A DNA stretch of 64,000 nt from Candidatus Roizmanbacteria bacterium RIFOXYC1_FULL_41_16 (GTDB lineage Bacteria > Patescibacteriota > Microgenomatia > UBA1406), in assembly GCA_001788295.1 (NCBI GenBank), contig MGBO01000007.1, forward strand, positions 14,263 through 78,262. Reading direction: 5' to 3'. Below the pieces are notes generated by a model that was given only the letters and a program-made list of their open reading frames with translations, was not told where the DNA came from and did not search any database. Positions 20,701 to 28,648 of this stretch are shown here, piece after piece; position 1 is the first letter of the stretch; each line of letters begins with the position of its first letter. The position numbers and the translations under genes are program-made.

Positions 20701-21541
20701 TTTCACCACCAGCAAAACGGTGGAAATTGGTGTGCCCGTGGGTGTTGTTGCCGCTCAGTCTATTGGTGAGCCAGGTACTCAGCTGACAATGCGAGTCAGG
20801 CACTTTGGTGGTATTGTTATTTCAGACGTTACTCAGGGCTTGCCTCGGGTAGAGGAACTTTTGGAAACCCGGACTCCCAAAGTCATTTCGCCAATTGCCG
20901 AAATCGACGGTAAAGCCAAAGTCAGAGAAGACAATGAAAACGAGCTGTATCAAATTGAAATAGCCACAACAGACGGTAAGATCACCAAGTTTTACCAGAT
21001 TCCGATGACGCAAAGACTGCATATTAAAAACGGTCAGCTGGTGACCAAAGGAACTCAATTGAGCGAGGGTTATCTCGACATCAAAGAAGTTTTGGAAATC
21101 AGAGGCATCAGATCAACTCAGATGTATCTGTTGCACGAGATTCAGAACGTGTATGAATCTCAAGGGATCGGTATTCACGATAAGCATTTTGAAGTCATTA
21201 TTCGCAAAATGAGCGACAAAATTATTATTGACGACGAGGGTGACACTAATTTCTTGATGGGTGAGGCCGTTAATAAAGACGTCTTTATCGAAGAAAACAA
21301 AAAGATAGTTGCCAAGGGTGGTAAGCCAGCATCTGGTAAGACCAAGATTTTGGGAATCACCAATGCTTCGATCTTTACCGATTCATGGTTGTCAGCGGCT
21401 TCGTTCCAGAACACAACCAATGTTCTGACTCGTTCCGCTATTAAAGGCCAGATGGACTATTTGTACGGTCTTAAGGAAAATGTTATAATCGGTAGACTGA
21501 TTCCAGTGACGGAAAAATTAATAAATAAATACTATAAATAA
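17762..21541 (+). CDS. rpoC: DNA-directed RNA polymerase beta' subunit
   Basis: 1259 aa; zinc motif [23 protein letters not shown] and catalytic NADFDGDAM. Confidence 0.98.
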   Translation: [1259 protein letters not shown]

Positions 21542-21544
21542 AAA

Positions 21545-21967
21545 ATGCCAACGATTAATCAGCTGATCAGAAAAGGGCGTAAAATCAAAAACCGTTCTAC
21601 CAAAGCCTTGGCTTTGAAAAAATGGTACAACCATCTGACCGGCCAGTACAAGTTAAATTCTTCCCCTTTTAAAAAGGGAGTTTGTACTGTGGTGCGTACG
21701 ATGACACCTAAGAAACCAAACTCGGCTTTACGTAAAATTGCCAGAGTCAGGCTATCCAACAAAATGGAGGTGACTGCCTATATTCCGGGAATTGGTCATA
21801 ATTTGGCCGAGCATTCGATTGTTTTGGTTCGTGGTGGTCGCGTGCCGGACTTACCTGGTGTTAAATACCATATTGTTAGAGGAGTTTATGATACCGGCGG
21901 AGTTGATAACCGTAAATCCTCTCGGTCCAAATATGGTGCTAAGTTAAGCAAAGAGGCTAAAAGTTAA
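21545..21967 (+). CDS. rpsL: 30S ribosomal protein S12
   Basis: [12 protein letters not shown]...[17 protein letters not shown]...[19 protein letters not shown]. Confidence 0.97.
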   Translation: MPTINQLIRKGRKIKNRSTKALALKKWYNHLTGQYKLNSSPFKKGVCTVVRTMTPKKPNSALRKIARVRLSNKMEVTAYIPGIGHNLAEHSIVLVRGGRVPDLPGVKYHIVRGVYDTGGVDNRKSSRSKYGAKLSKEAKS

Positions 21968-21976
21968 TTTTTAAAA

Positions 21977-22450
21977 ATGCCCAGACGCGGATATAAAATC
22001 AGAAAAGCAGCCGTTGATCCGGTTTACCAAAGCCCACTGGTTGCCAAACTCATTAATTTAGTGATGAAAGACGGTAAACGTGAAGTGGCGCAAAAACTGG
22101 TTTATCAGACTTTGGACAAGTTTAAGGAAAAAAAGCTTGAGCCTTTGGAAGTATTTGAGAAAGTAGTTAATAATATCGGTCCTCGAATGGTAGTTCGGCC
22201 GCGCCGAATTGGTGGTGCCTCGTATATGGTCCCTAAAGAGGTTCAGCCCAAACATCGGCTTTTTTTAGCTCTCAAATGGCTGGTCGACGCCTCCCGTACT
22301 CGTCCCAACAAGGAATATCATACTTTTACTGATAAACTGTATGCGGAAATGGCAGACGCTTACGAAGGCAAGGGGGCTGCCGTTGATAAAAACAACCAAG
22401 CCCAAAAGCTTGCCGAAGCAAACAAAGTGTTTGCCCATTTTTCCTGGTAA
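21977..22450 (+). CDS. rpsG: 30S ribosomal protein S7
   Basis: MPRRG...DPVYQSPLVAKLINLVMKDGKR...RRIGGASYMVP. Confidence 0.97.
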   Translation: MPRRGYKIRKAAVDPVYQSPLVAKLINLVMKDGKREVAQKLVYQTLDKFKEKKLEPLEVFEKVVNNIGPRMVVRPRRIGGASYMVPKEVQPKHRLFLALKWLVDASRTRPNKEYHTFTDKLYAEMADAYEGKGAAVDKNNQAQKLAEANKVFAHFSW

Positions 22451-22456
22451 ATTCCC

Positions 22457-24568
22457 ATGGCACAGCAAAGTATTTTTACCAAAAACCGTCAGGTCGCGTT
22501 AGACAAAATCCGTAATATCGGTATCATTGCTCACATTGATGCCGGCAAAACCACCACTACCGAAAGAATCCTTTTTTATACCGGCCGAAGCTATAAGATC
22601 GGCGATATTGATGAAGGCACCACCCAGATGGACTGGATGGAGCAGGAGAAAGAGCGTGGCATTACCATTATGTCAGCGGCCACGACCACGTTTTGGCGTG
22701 AAGTCCGCATTAATATTATCGATACTCCCGGCCATGTTGATTTTACCGCCGAAGTGGAGCGTTCCTTAAGAGTGCTCGACGGCGCCGTGGTTATTTTTGA
22801 TGCCGAAGAAGGAGTGCAGGCTCAATCCGAAACCGTTTGGCGCCAAGCCGACAAATACAAAGTCCCTCGGTTATGTTTTATTAACAAGATGGACAAGCTC
22901 GGAGCCGATTATGAAGACACTTTGATTCAGATCCGCGAAAAATTGGGTGCCGTTCCGGTTTCGATCACGATTCCAATCGGTAAAGAAAATGAGTTTAAAG
23001 GCGTGATTGATCTTTTGAGTATGAAAGCCCTTCTTTGGGATCAGGATCCCCAGGGAATAAAATACAGTACAGTTGAGATTCCTGAGGATTATCAGGAAAT
23101 AGCCAAGAAAAAGAAAGCCACCTTGATTGAAATTGTTTCAGAACATGATGACGTTTTAATGGAAAAGTTTATTGCCGAGCAGGCAATTTCAGACGAAGAG
23201 CTGATGCAAGGCATTCGTCGAGCCACCATTGCTTACAAAATCATTCCTATTTATGCCGGTACCTCGTTGCGTAATAAGGGCGTTCAGCCTCTTTTAAACG
23301 GTGTGGTTGATTTTTTACCGTCGCCGGTTGATCTCAAAGAAATCGAAGGCGTTGAGCCCTCAACAGACAAAATTATCAAACGGGCGCTGGTTCCAGAGGA
23401 AAAACTATGTATGCTTTCTTTTAAGCTGCAGTTGGATACGCACGTGGGTAAGTTGACTTATGCCCGTATTTATTCAGGAATACTCAAATCCGGTTCTTAT
23501 GTTTTTAATCCTCGCAGTCGCGAAAAAGAGAGAATCAGCCGGATTTTATTAATGCACGCCAATCAGCGGGAAGAGATTGACAGCGCTTATGCCGGTGAGA
23601 TTGTGGCGTTGGTCGGGCCCAAAAAAGCCAAAACCGGTGATACTCTTACTGAGGAAAATGCGCCAATTGTTTTGGAGACCATTAAATTTCCCGAGCCGGT
23701 GATTTCTTTGGCAATCGAGCCCAAGACTAAGGCTGATCAAGAAAAATTAGGCAATATTTTGCAGAAGTTTTTGGAAGAAGACCCTACTTTTAAGGTGAAA
23801 TACAATCATGAAACCGGACAGACCGTGATTGCCGGCATGGGTGAATTGCACTTGGAAATTATTGTCGATCGGATGAGGCGTGAGTATAACATGAACGCTA
23901 ACGTTGGTAAGCCTCAAGTTGCTTATAAAGAAACGATTACTCAAGAAGCCGAGACTGAAGGGAAATACATCAAACAGTCCGGTGGCCGTGGCCAATATGG
24001 CCATTGTTTTCTAAGACTCAAGCCGTTGCCTCGAGGTGAGGGCTTTAAATTCATCAATGCCATCAAAGGTGGCGCTATTCCTGGAGAGTTTATCGGTTCA
24101 GTGGAAAAAGGCGTTAAAGAGGCTCTCGACAAAGGTGTGCTTGCCGGATACCCGCTGTCGGATTTAGAAGTGACTCTTTATGACGGTAGTTATCATGACG
24201 TCGATTCCTCAGACATTGCCTTTAAAATTGCCGGGTCAATGGCTCTTACTTCCGGCGCTCGCAAAGCCGGACTTACTCTAACCGAGCCGGTGATGAAAAT
24301 GGAAGTCAGCACGCCAGAGATCAATATGGGTACGGTGATTGGCGACTTATCCAGCAAGCGTGCCAAGATCCTAAAAACCACCAAGCGGGGTGACTCAGTC
24401 ACGATTGACGCTTATGCGCCCCTAGCCGAGCTCTCCGGCTATGCCACGATGATTCGTTCACTTACTCAAGGTCGCGGCTTTTTCTATATGGAACCTTCTC
24501 ATTACGAAGAAGTGCCCAAAAACATTCAGGCCAAAATTGTTGAGGAGCGCATGGGCTCCCGCAAATAA
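22457..24568 (+). CDS. fusA: translation elongation factor G
   Basis: IRNIGIIAHIDAGKTTTTERIL, DTPGHVDF, NKMDK. 703 aa, in the conserved position after rpsG. Confidence 0.97.
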   Translation: MAQQSIFTKNRQVALDKIRNIGIIAHIDAGKTTTTERILFYTGRSYKIGDIDEGTTQMDWMEQEKERGITIMSAATTTFWREVRINIIDTPGHVDFTAEVERSLRVLDGAVVIFDAEEGVQAQSETVWRQADKYKVPRLCFINKMDKLGADYEDTLIQIREKLGAVPVSITIPIGKENEFKGVIDLLSMKALLWDQDPQGIKYSTVEIPEDYQEIAKKKKATLIEIVSEHDDVLMEKFIAEQAISDEELMQGIRRATIAYKIIPIYAGTSLRNKGVQPLLNGVVDFLPSPVDLKEIEGVEPSTDKIIKRALVPEEKLCMLSFKLQLDTHVGKLTYARIYSGILKSGSYVFNPRSREKERISRILLMHANQREEIDSAYAGEIVALVGPKKAKTGDTLTEENAPIVLETIKFPEPVISLAIEPKTKADQEKLGNILQKFLEEDPTFKVKYNHETGQTVIAGMGELHLEIIVDRMRREYNMNANVGKPQVAYKETITQEAETEGKYIKQSGGRGQYGHCFLRLKPLPRGEGFKFINAIKGGAIPGEFIGSVEKGVKEALDKGVLAGYPLSDLEVTLYDGSYHDVDSSDIAFKIAGSMALTSGARKAGLTLTEPVMKMEVSTPEINMGTVIGDLSSKRAKILKTTKRGDSVTIDAYAPLAELSGYATMIRSLTQGRGFFYMEPSHYEEVPKNIQAKIVEERMGSRK

Positions 24569-24571
24569 CCG

Positions 24572-24609
24572 TTCCATTTCGGGAATGGAACAGCGCGTGC
24601 TATAGCTCT
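24572..24609 (+). repeat. 38-bp direct repeat, copy 1 (contains hairpin ttccatt-tcggg-aatggaa)
   Basis: ttccatTtcgggaatggaacagcgcgtgCtatagctct. Matches copy 2 at 36 of 38 positions by hand alignment. Confidence 0.85.
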
Positions 24610-24616
24610 CCTAAAC

Positions 24617-24645
24617 TTGCTTTTTACCCCCTAATATCCTATAAT
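24617..24645 (+). promoter_or_regulatory. promoter TTGCTT-N17-TATAAT inside the repeat-flanked cassette
   Basis: ttgctt (24617..24622), a 17-nt spacer, tataat (24640..24645). Followed by a leader hairpin cactgagc-aatttgcc-gctcagtg and the strong SD aaaggaggtga. Confidence 0.6.
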
Positions 24646-24699
24646 ATTTATGCCACTGAGCAATTTGCCGCTCAGTGAGTACTTTGAAAGGAGGTGACT

Positions 24700-24924
24700 A
24701 TGTCACCCATGAAAACTCCACCAGAAACGGTGGAGAAAATAAAAGCCGAACATCCCGAGTCCTGGGATGCCAGCGGGAATTATATTCCCAATGGTATTCC
24801 GGAAGTCGGCAGCCCTGACCAGAAGACTGGTTGCAGGGCTACTGGTTGTGAGTACCTAGTACTCATAACCATTTTCTTTATTGGTGTTGTGTCATTGATC
24901 GTCATACTGACGATACTGACATGA
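24700..24924 (+). CDS. small tail-anchored membrane protein (74 aa), function unknown
   Basis: ATG 7 nt after AGGAGGTG. Hydrophilic N-terminal part and a C-terminal helix YLVLITIFFIGVVSLIVILTILT. Followed by a strong terminator. Confidence 0.6.
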   Translation: MSPMKTPPETVEKIKAEHPESWDASGNYIPNGIPEVGSPDQKTGCRATGCEYLVLITIFFIGVVSLIVILTILT

Positions 24925-24928
24925 CTAT

Positions 24929-24958
24929 GGCCCGGACCTTTGGTCCGGGCCTTTTCTT
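24929..24958 (+). terminator. intrinsic terminator
   Basis: ggcccggacc-ttt-ggtccgggcc followed by ttttctt. Confidence 0.8.
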
Positions 24959-24965
24959 AGCTCTA

Positions 24966-25003
24966 TTCCATATCGGGAATGGAACAGCGCGTGTTATAGC
25001 TCT
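24966..25003 (+). repeat. 38-bp direct repeat, copy 2 (overlaps the 3' end of the DUF192 gene)
   Basis: ttccatAtcgggaatggaacagcgcgtgTtatagctct. Confidence 0.85.
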
Positions 25004-25443
25004 ATATATACAGTATCTTTGAGCTTAATATTGAACTTGTCAATAAAGCCGCTCTTTACTTCTAAAAGTCGGTCAAACGGTTCCTGACTGATAGCGTATT
25101 CAACTTCGTTATTATTGTTCACCGGTGCTTTGACATTTTCCAATAAATAAACGACGCGGTTGCCATTAATAAAAATAAAATCCAAATCAAAAAGCATGTC
25201 TTTCATCCAAAACTGATATCTGTCGGGCTGGTCAAAAACAAACAAAAGCCCCTCGTCATAACCGATGGCGCTGTGATTGGAATAGCCTTGGGTCCGTTTT
25301 TGGTCAGTATCGGCGATTGTGATTGAAATCGTGACTTTATTTTTAATTGTGAGTTTATTCTTACTTGAGGCTGGTTTTGTTTTTAAGCCAAAGCCTGCTA
25401 GAATTAGAATAGTTATTGCAATTAAAAACCACATTTTTTTCAT
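24994..25443 (-). CDS. DUF192-family protein with an N-terminal signal/anchor
   Basis: GYDEGLLFVFDQPDRYQFWMKDMLFDLDFIFINGNRVV resembles DUF192 (COG1430). The start is ambiguous (25464, 25443 or 25434). Confidence 0.7.
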   Translation of the reverse strand: MKKMWFLIAITILILAGFGLKTKPASSKNKLTIKNKVTISITIADTDQKRTQGYSNHSAIGYDEGLLFVFDQPDRYQFWMKDMLFDLDFIFINGNRVVYLLENVKAPVNNNNEVEYAISQEPFDRLLEVKSGFIDKFNIKLKDTVYIEL

Positions 25444-26485
25444 GACCAAAATTAAGCTTATCACAGATGCCAGTTATGCAACAGCCTGGAATCGGGTAGT
25501 GACTCACCCTTTGCAAACTTGGGAGTGGGGAGAAATCAGGCAAAAAACCGGCAACCAGATTTTGCGTTTGGCTCTTGTCAACGACCAGGATCAAATTCAG
25601 CAAGCCTTTCTGTTCACTCTTCACTCATTGCCTTGGGGCAAGCAGATTATCAACTATGCCAAGGGCCCGTTTTTGCCAGAAGCCGTTTGGCAATATCTCA
25701 AAGAACATTATCATCAAACTGTTTTGTTGGTCAAACTTGAACCTGAGGTTTTTATTGAGGAGGCGGGAAAGTACCAGCTACCCATTTATAAACAGCACTG
25801 GCAAGACAATGGCCTGGATTTTTATCTATCCAAATCGCCTGTTTTTGCCAGACACACTTTTATACTGGACCTTGAGCCAAATGAAGCCAAATTATTGAGC
25901 CTGATGAAAAGTAAAACTCGCTACAACATCAATCTAGCCCGGCGCAAAGGCGTTGTTATTAAAGATGAAACCAGCGATCCGGCGGCGTTTTCGATTTTTT
26001 TTAAGCTGTATCAGCAGACCATCAAGCGCCAAAACTATCTGGGCCATTCACAAAAATACCATCAAACAGTTTGGGAAATTATGAAGCAGGCTGGAGTTGC
26101 CAAAATTCTGACTGCTTATTATCAAAATGAGCCATTGTCTAGTTATACCCTGTTTTTCTACAAAAACACTGCTTATTATCTTTATGGTGGCTCAAGTTCT
26201 AGACACAAAGAGGTGATGGCCTCCAATCTGCTAATGTGGGAAGCGCTGTTACTGGCAAAAAAGCAAGGAATGAAATACTTTGATCTTTGGGGGGCTTTGG
26301 AAAAAAACTATTCCCCCAATCATCCTTGGGCCGGCTTTCATCGTTTCAAAGAGGGCTACGGCGGTCTTCATCAAGCATATTTACCCACGCTCGACGTTGT
26401 CTTTGATCCAATCGGATATTGGTTTTTCAGCCTGTTGTGGCCGCTGCGAATCAAAATTCTGGAGTTGATCAGGCGCTTTTTTTAA
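25442..26485 (+). CDS. FemAB-family peptidoglycan interpeptide-bridge aminoacyltransferase-like protein
   Basis: KSKTRYNINLARRKGVVI plus a typical FemAB-like N-terminus (QTWEWGEIRQ). The ORF extends to 25319, but that part lies antisense within the DUF192 gene. Confidence 0.7.
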   Translation: MTKIKLITDASYATAWNRVVTHPLQTWEWGEIRQKTGNQILRLALVNDQDQIQQAFLFTLHSLPWGKQIINYAKGPFLPEAVWQYLKEHYHQTVLLVKLEPEVFIEEAGKYQLPIYKQHWQDNGLDFYLSKSPVFARHTFILDLEPNEAKLLSLMKSKTRYNINLARRKGVVIKDETSDPAAFSIFFKLYQQTIKRQNYLGHSQKYHQTVWEIMKQAGVAKILTAYYQNEPLSSYTLFFYKNTAYYLYGGSSSRHKEVMASNLLMWEALLLAKKQGMKYFDLWGALEKNYSPNHPWAGFHRFKEGYGGLHQAYLPTLDVVFDPIGYWFFSLLWPLRIKILELIRRFF

Positions 26486-26933
26486 CCTGAATGATTTTAA
26501 TCTCACCGTTAGGAATAATATACAAATCACCCTTTTCCGTTTCCAGATAAGTGCTTTTGAGTGTCACTTTTTTCACCGTGCCGGCATATTTATCAATCGT
26601 GATGAAGCGGTTAATTTTAAACTCCGGTTCCAACAGTAAATAAATACCGGCGATGATATCCTTAAAAAAGCTTTGAGCGCCAAAACCAATGGCAAAACCG
26701 ACAATTGACGAGGACAGAAGGTAAGGAGTGACGTCGACCTCAAAAAGATTAAGAATGGCCATGGCCGCCAAAAAATAAACTACGACTGCGACTGCCTGCC
26801 TGAGAAAATCAATCACGGTCTTGGCCTTACTGGTTTGCCGACTTTTGGGAAGCAGGATAAATTTAGGCGCGATTTTGGCAATTACATAAGAACTGACCAG
26901 AATTATCAATAACTTTAGGATTTTATCTTCCAT
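26469..26933 (-). CDS. short MscS-like mechanosensitive channel protein
   Basis: TM helices, then GFAIGFGAQSFFKDIIAGIYLLLEPEFKINRFITIDKYAGTVKKV. Only 154 aa, so shorter than typical MscS. Confidence 0.6.
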   Translation of the reverse strand: MEDKILKLLIILVSSYVIAKIAPKFILLPKSRQTSKAKTVIDFLRQAVAVVVYFLAAMAILNLFEVDVTPYLLSSSIVGFAIGFGAQSFFKDIIAGIYLLLEPEFKINRFITIDKYAGTVKKVTLKSTYLETEKGDLYIIPNGEIKIIQVKKSA

Positions 26934-26956
26934 GGTTTTATAGTAAGATTATATCC

Positions 26957-28003
26957 ATGTACAAACCTACTTTCAAGATTACTAACAAAATGATTATGGA
27001 TATCGGCAAAATTGAGGCCAGCCGCGAGATTATTATCAACGCGCCACTTTTGCCACTATGGGAAAAGCGTTTTCGTGAAGAAGCCTTAGTCCGTACCGTT
27101 CATCATGGTACCCATCTTGAGGGCAATCAGCTGGATTTTGAAGAAGCCAAAGAAGTGGTCTTGAGTCAGAACTTACACAGCGTCAGAACGCGCGATGTTC
27201 AAGAAGTGATTAATTACCGTGAGGTGATGGATTATTTGGAAAAAGTCGTTCGGGATCAAAAACAAACCATCAGCGAATCCCTGTTTAAAAAAATTCATCA
27301 GTTGGTAGTCAACAAAATTATGCCGGCTAATCTGGCTGGTCAGTACCGCCTGAAACAAGTGGTTATCAAAGATTCCGGGAGCGGGCAAGTAACTTTCCGG
27401 CCGCCTGAGCCGGAGCAGATTCCTTATTTAATTGGCCAGTTTTTGGCCTGGCTCAATCAAACTCACCCGGACGAGATGCATTCGGCGATCAAAGCCGGCA
27501 TTGCTCACTATGAATTGGTTCGAATCCATCCTTTTTTGGATGGCAACGGCCGGGTCGCTCGTTCCATTTCTACCTTAATTTTATATAGCGAGGGGTACGA
27601 TATCCGGCGGTTTTTTTCGCTCGAGGAATATTACGACAAAGACCCCCTCACTTATTATGAGCATTTACAAAAAGCCGGTGGCGGTGATTTAACGCCTTGG
27701 CTGGAATATTTTATCAAGGGGATTGCCAACGAATTTGAAAAAATAAAACTTAGAATCCAAAAGTTGTCATCAGATAGCCAGCTCAAACACAAGCTTGGTG
27801 GCAAACAAGTGTTTCTGAACGAGCGCCAAACTAAGCTGGTGGAATATATTCAGGAAACCGGCTTTTTGCAAAACCAGGCTTTTCCCAGTCTTTTTCCCGA
27901 TTATTCCGAAGACACAATTTTGCGCGATCTCAAAGATTTGATGGACAAAGACTTGATTCGCAAAATCGGGAAAACCAAAGGGGCCAAATACGTGCTGAAA
28001 TAA
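26957..28003 (+). CDS. Fic-domain protein (putative AMPylase) with a C-terminal winged-helix-like region
   Basis: Intact Fic motif HPFLDGNGRVARS. Confidence 0.85.
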   Translation: MYKPTFKITNKMIMDIGKIEASREIIINAPLLPLWEKRFREEALVRTVHHGTHLEGNQLDFEEAKEVVLSQNLHSVRTRDVQEVINYREVMDYLEKVVRDQKQTISESLFKKIHQLVVNKIMPANLAGQYRLKQVVIKDSGSGQVTFRPPEPEQIPYLIGQFLAWLNQTHPDEMHSAIKAGIAHYELVRIHPFLDGNGRVARSISTLILYSEGYDIRRFFSLEEYYDKDPLTYYEHLQKAGGGDLTPWLEYFIKGIANEFEKIKLRIQKLSSDSQLKHKLGGKQVFLNERQTKLVEYIQETGFLQNQAFPSLFPDYSEDTILRDLKDLMDKDLIRKIGKTKGAKYVLK

Positions 28004-28004
28004 G

Positions 28005-28637
28005 CTAATAAACCAGATTGGTTTCGCCTTTTACAAATCGTTCTGCCAGGCCGGCAATTTTCAATTGATAAGAATCCCAATTTTCAATAAAGTCTTGGCG
28101 ACTAATTTTTTCCAGCGAGCGGTTTTGGTGTAAGTCAATAATCGGGCAGACAAATTCGTAATTTGGTTTAGTAAAAACTTTAATCAGATCAGTGATTTTA
28201 ACTACAACCAAGCCAGCGACTTCCTCTTTTTGCAATCGATATGAAGACAGGGAGCTATTATCAATAGTAATAAAAACGTCGCACACAGTTTGCAGTTTTC
28301 TGGAGGCATCGTCAAAACCAACAAACACTTTTTTACCCAAGTAAGTCAGTTTGTCAAAATTATAATTTCTGCCAATTTCCTCTCTCACTTCCCTCAGGCC
28401 GTCTTTGACAGTTTCTCCAGCCATATAATGGCCAGCGGCGGACACGTCAAGCAATCCGGGAAAAGTGGCTTTTTGGCGGCTCCGGCGTTGAAAAACCAGC
28501 GCTAATTCTGGTTCGGTTTGAACAATCCAAAGATGAAAACCGCCCAGCCAATCACTGTCGGTAATGGCCTGGTCGCGGGTTTTAGTGACGCCGCTTTTGT
28601 GAAAATCCGGCGGCAAGAGAATATCGACTTTTTCCAT
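28005..28637 (-). CDS. NUDIX hydrolase (IDI-like)
   Basis: Nudix box GETVKDGLREVREEIG. Confidence 0.75.
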   Translation of the reverse strand: MEKVDILLPPDFHKSGVTKTRDQAITDSDWLGGFHLWIVQTEPELALVFQRRSRQKATFPGLLDVSAAGHYMAGETVKDGLREVREEIGRNYNFDKLTYLGKKVFVGFDDASRKLQTVCDVFITIDNSSLSSYRLQKEEVAGLVVVKITDLIKVFTKPNYEFVCPIIDLHQNRSLEKISRQDFIENWDSYQLKIAGLAERFVKGETNLVY

Positions 28638-28648
28638 TTTTTTTAGGT

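Noticed and set aside
21590-21670. An apparent insertion of about 13 aa in S12 ([16 protein letters not shown]) relative to E. coli S12.
   Set aside because: As I recall, Gram-positive-type S12 proteins such as that of Bacillus carry a comparable segment at this position, so it is not unusual.
14744-24402. Many 60 to 135-aa ORFs on either strand inside rpoB, rpoC, rpsL, rpsG and fusA.
   Set aside because: All are nested in or antisense to highly conserved genes and lack motifs. They are treated as shadow ORFs. The same reasoning applies to nested ORFs inside pnp, ftsK, the helicase, dnaG, the glycosyltransferases and the ABC genes.
27100-27130. The THLEGN segment in the Fic protein, considered as the auto-inhibitory (S/T)xxxE(G/N) motif.
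   Set aside because: The spacing does not fit: Thr is three residues, not four, before the Glu. No claim about auto-inhibition is made.
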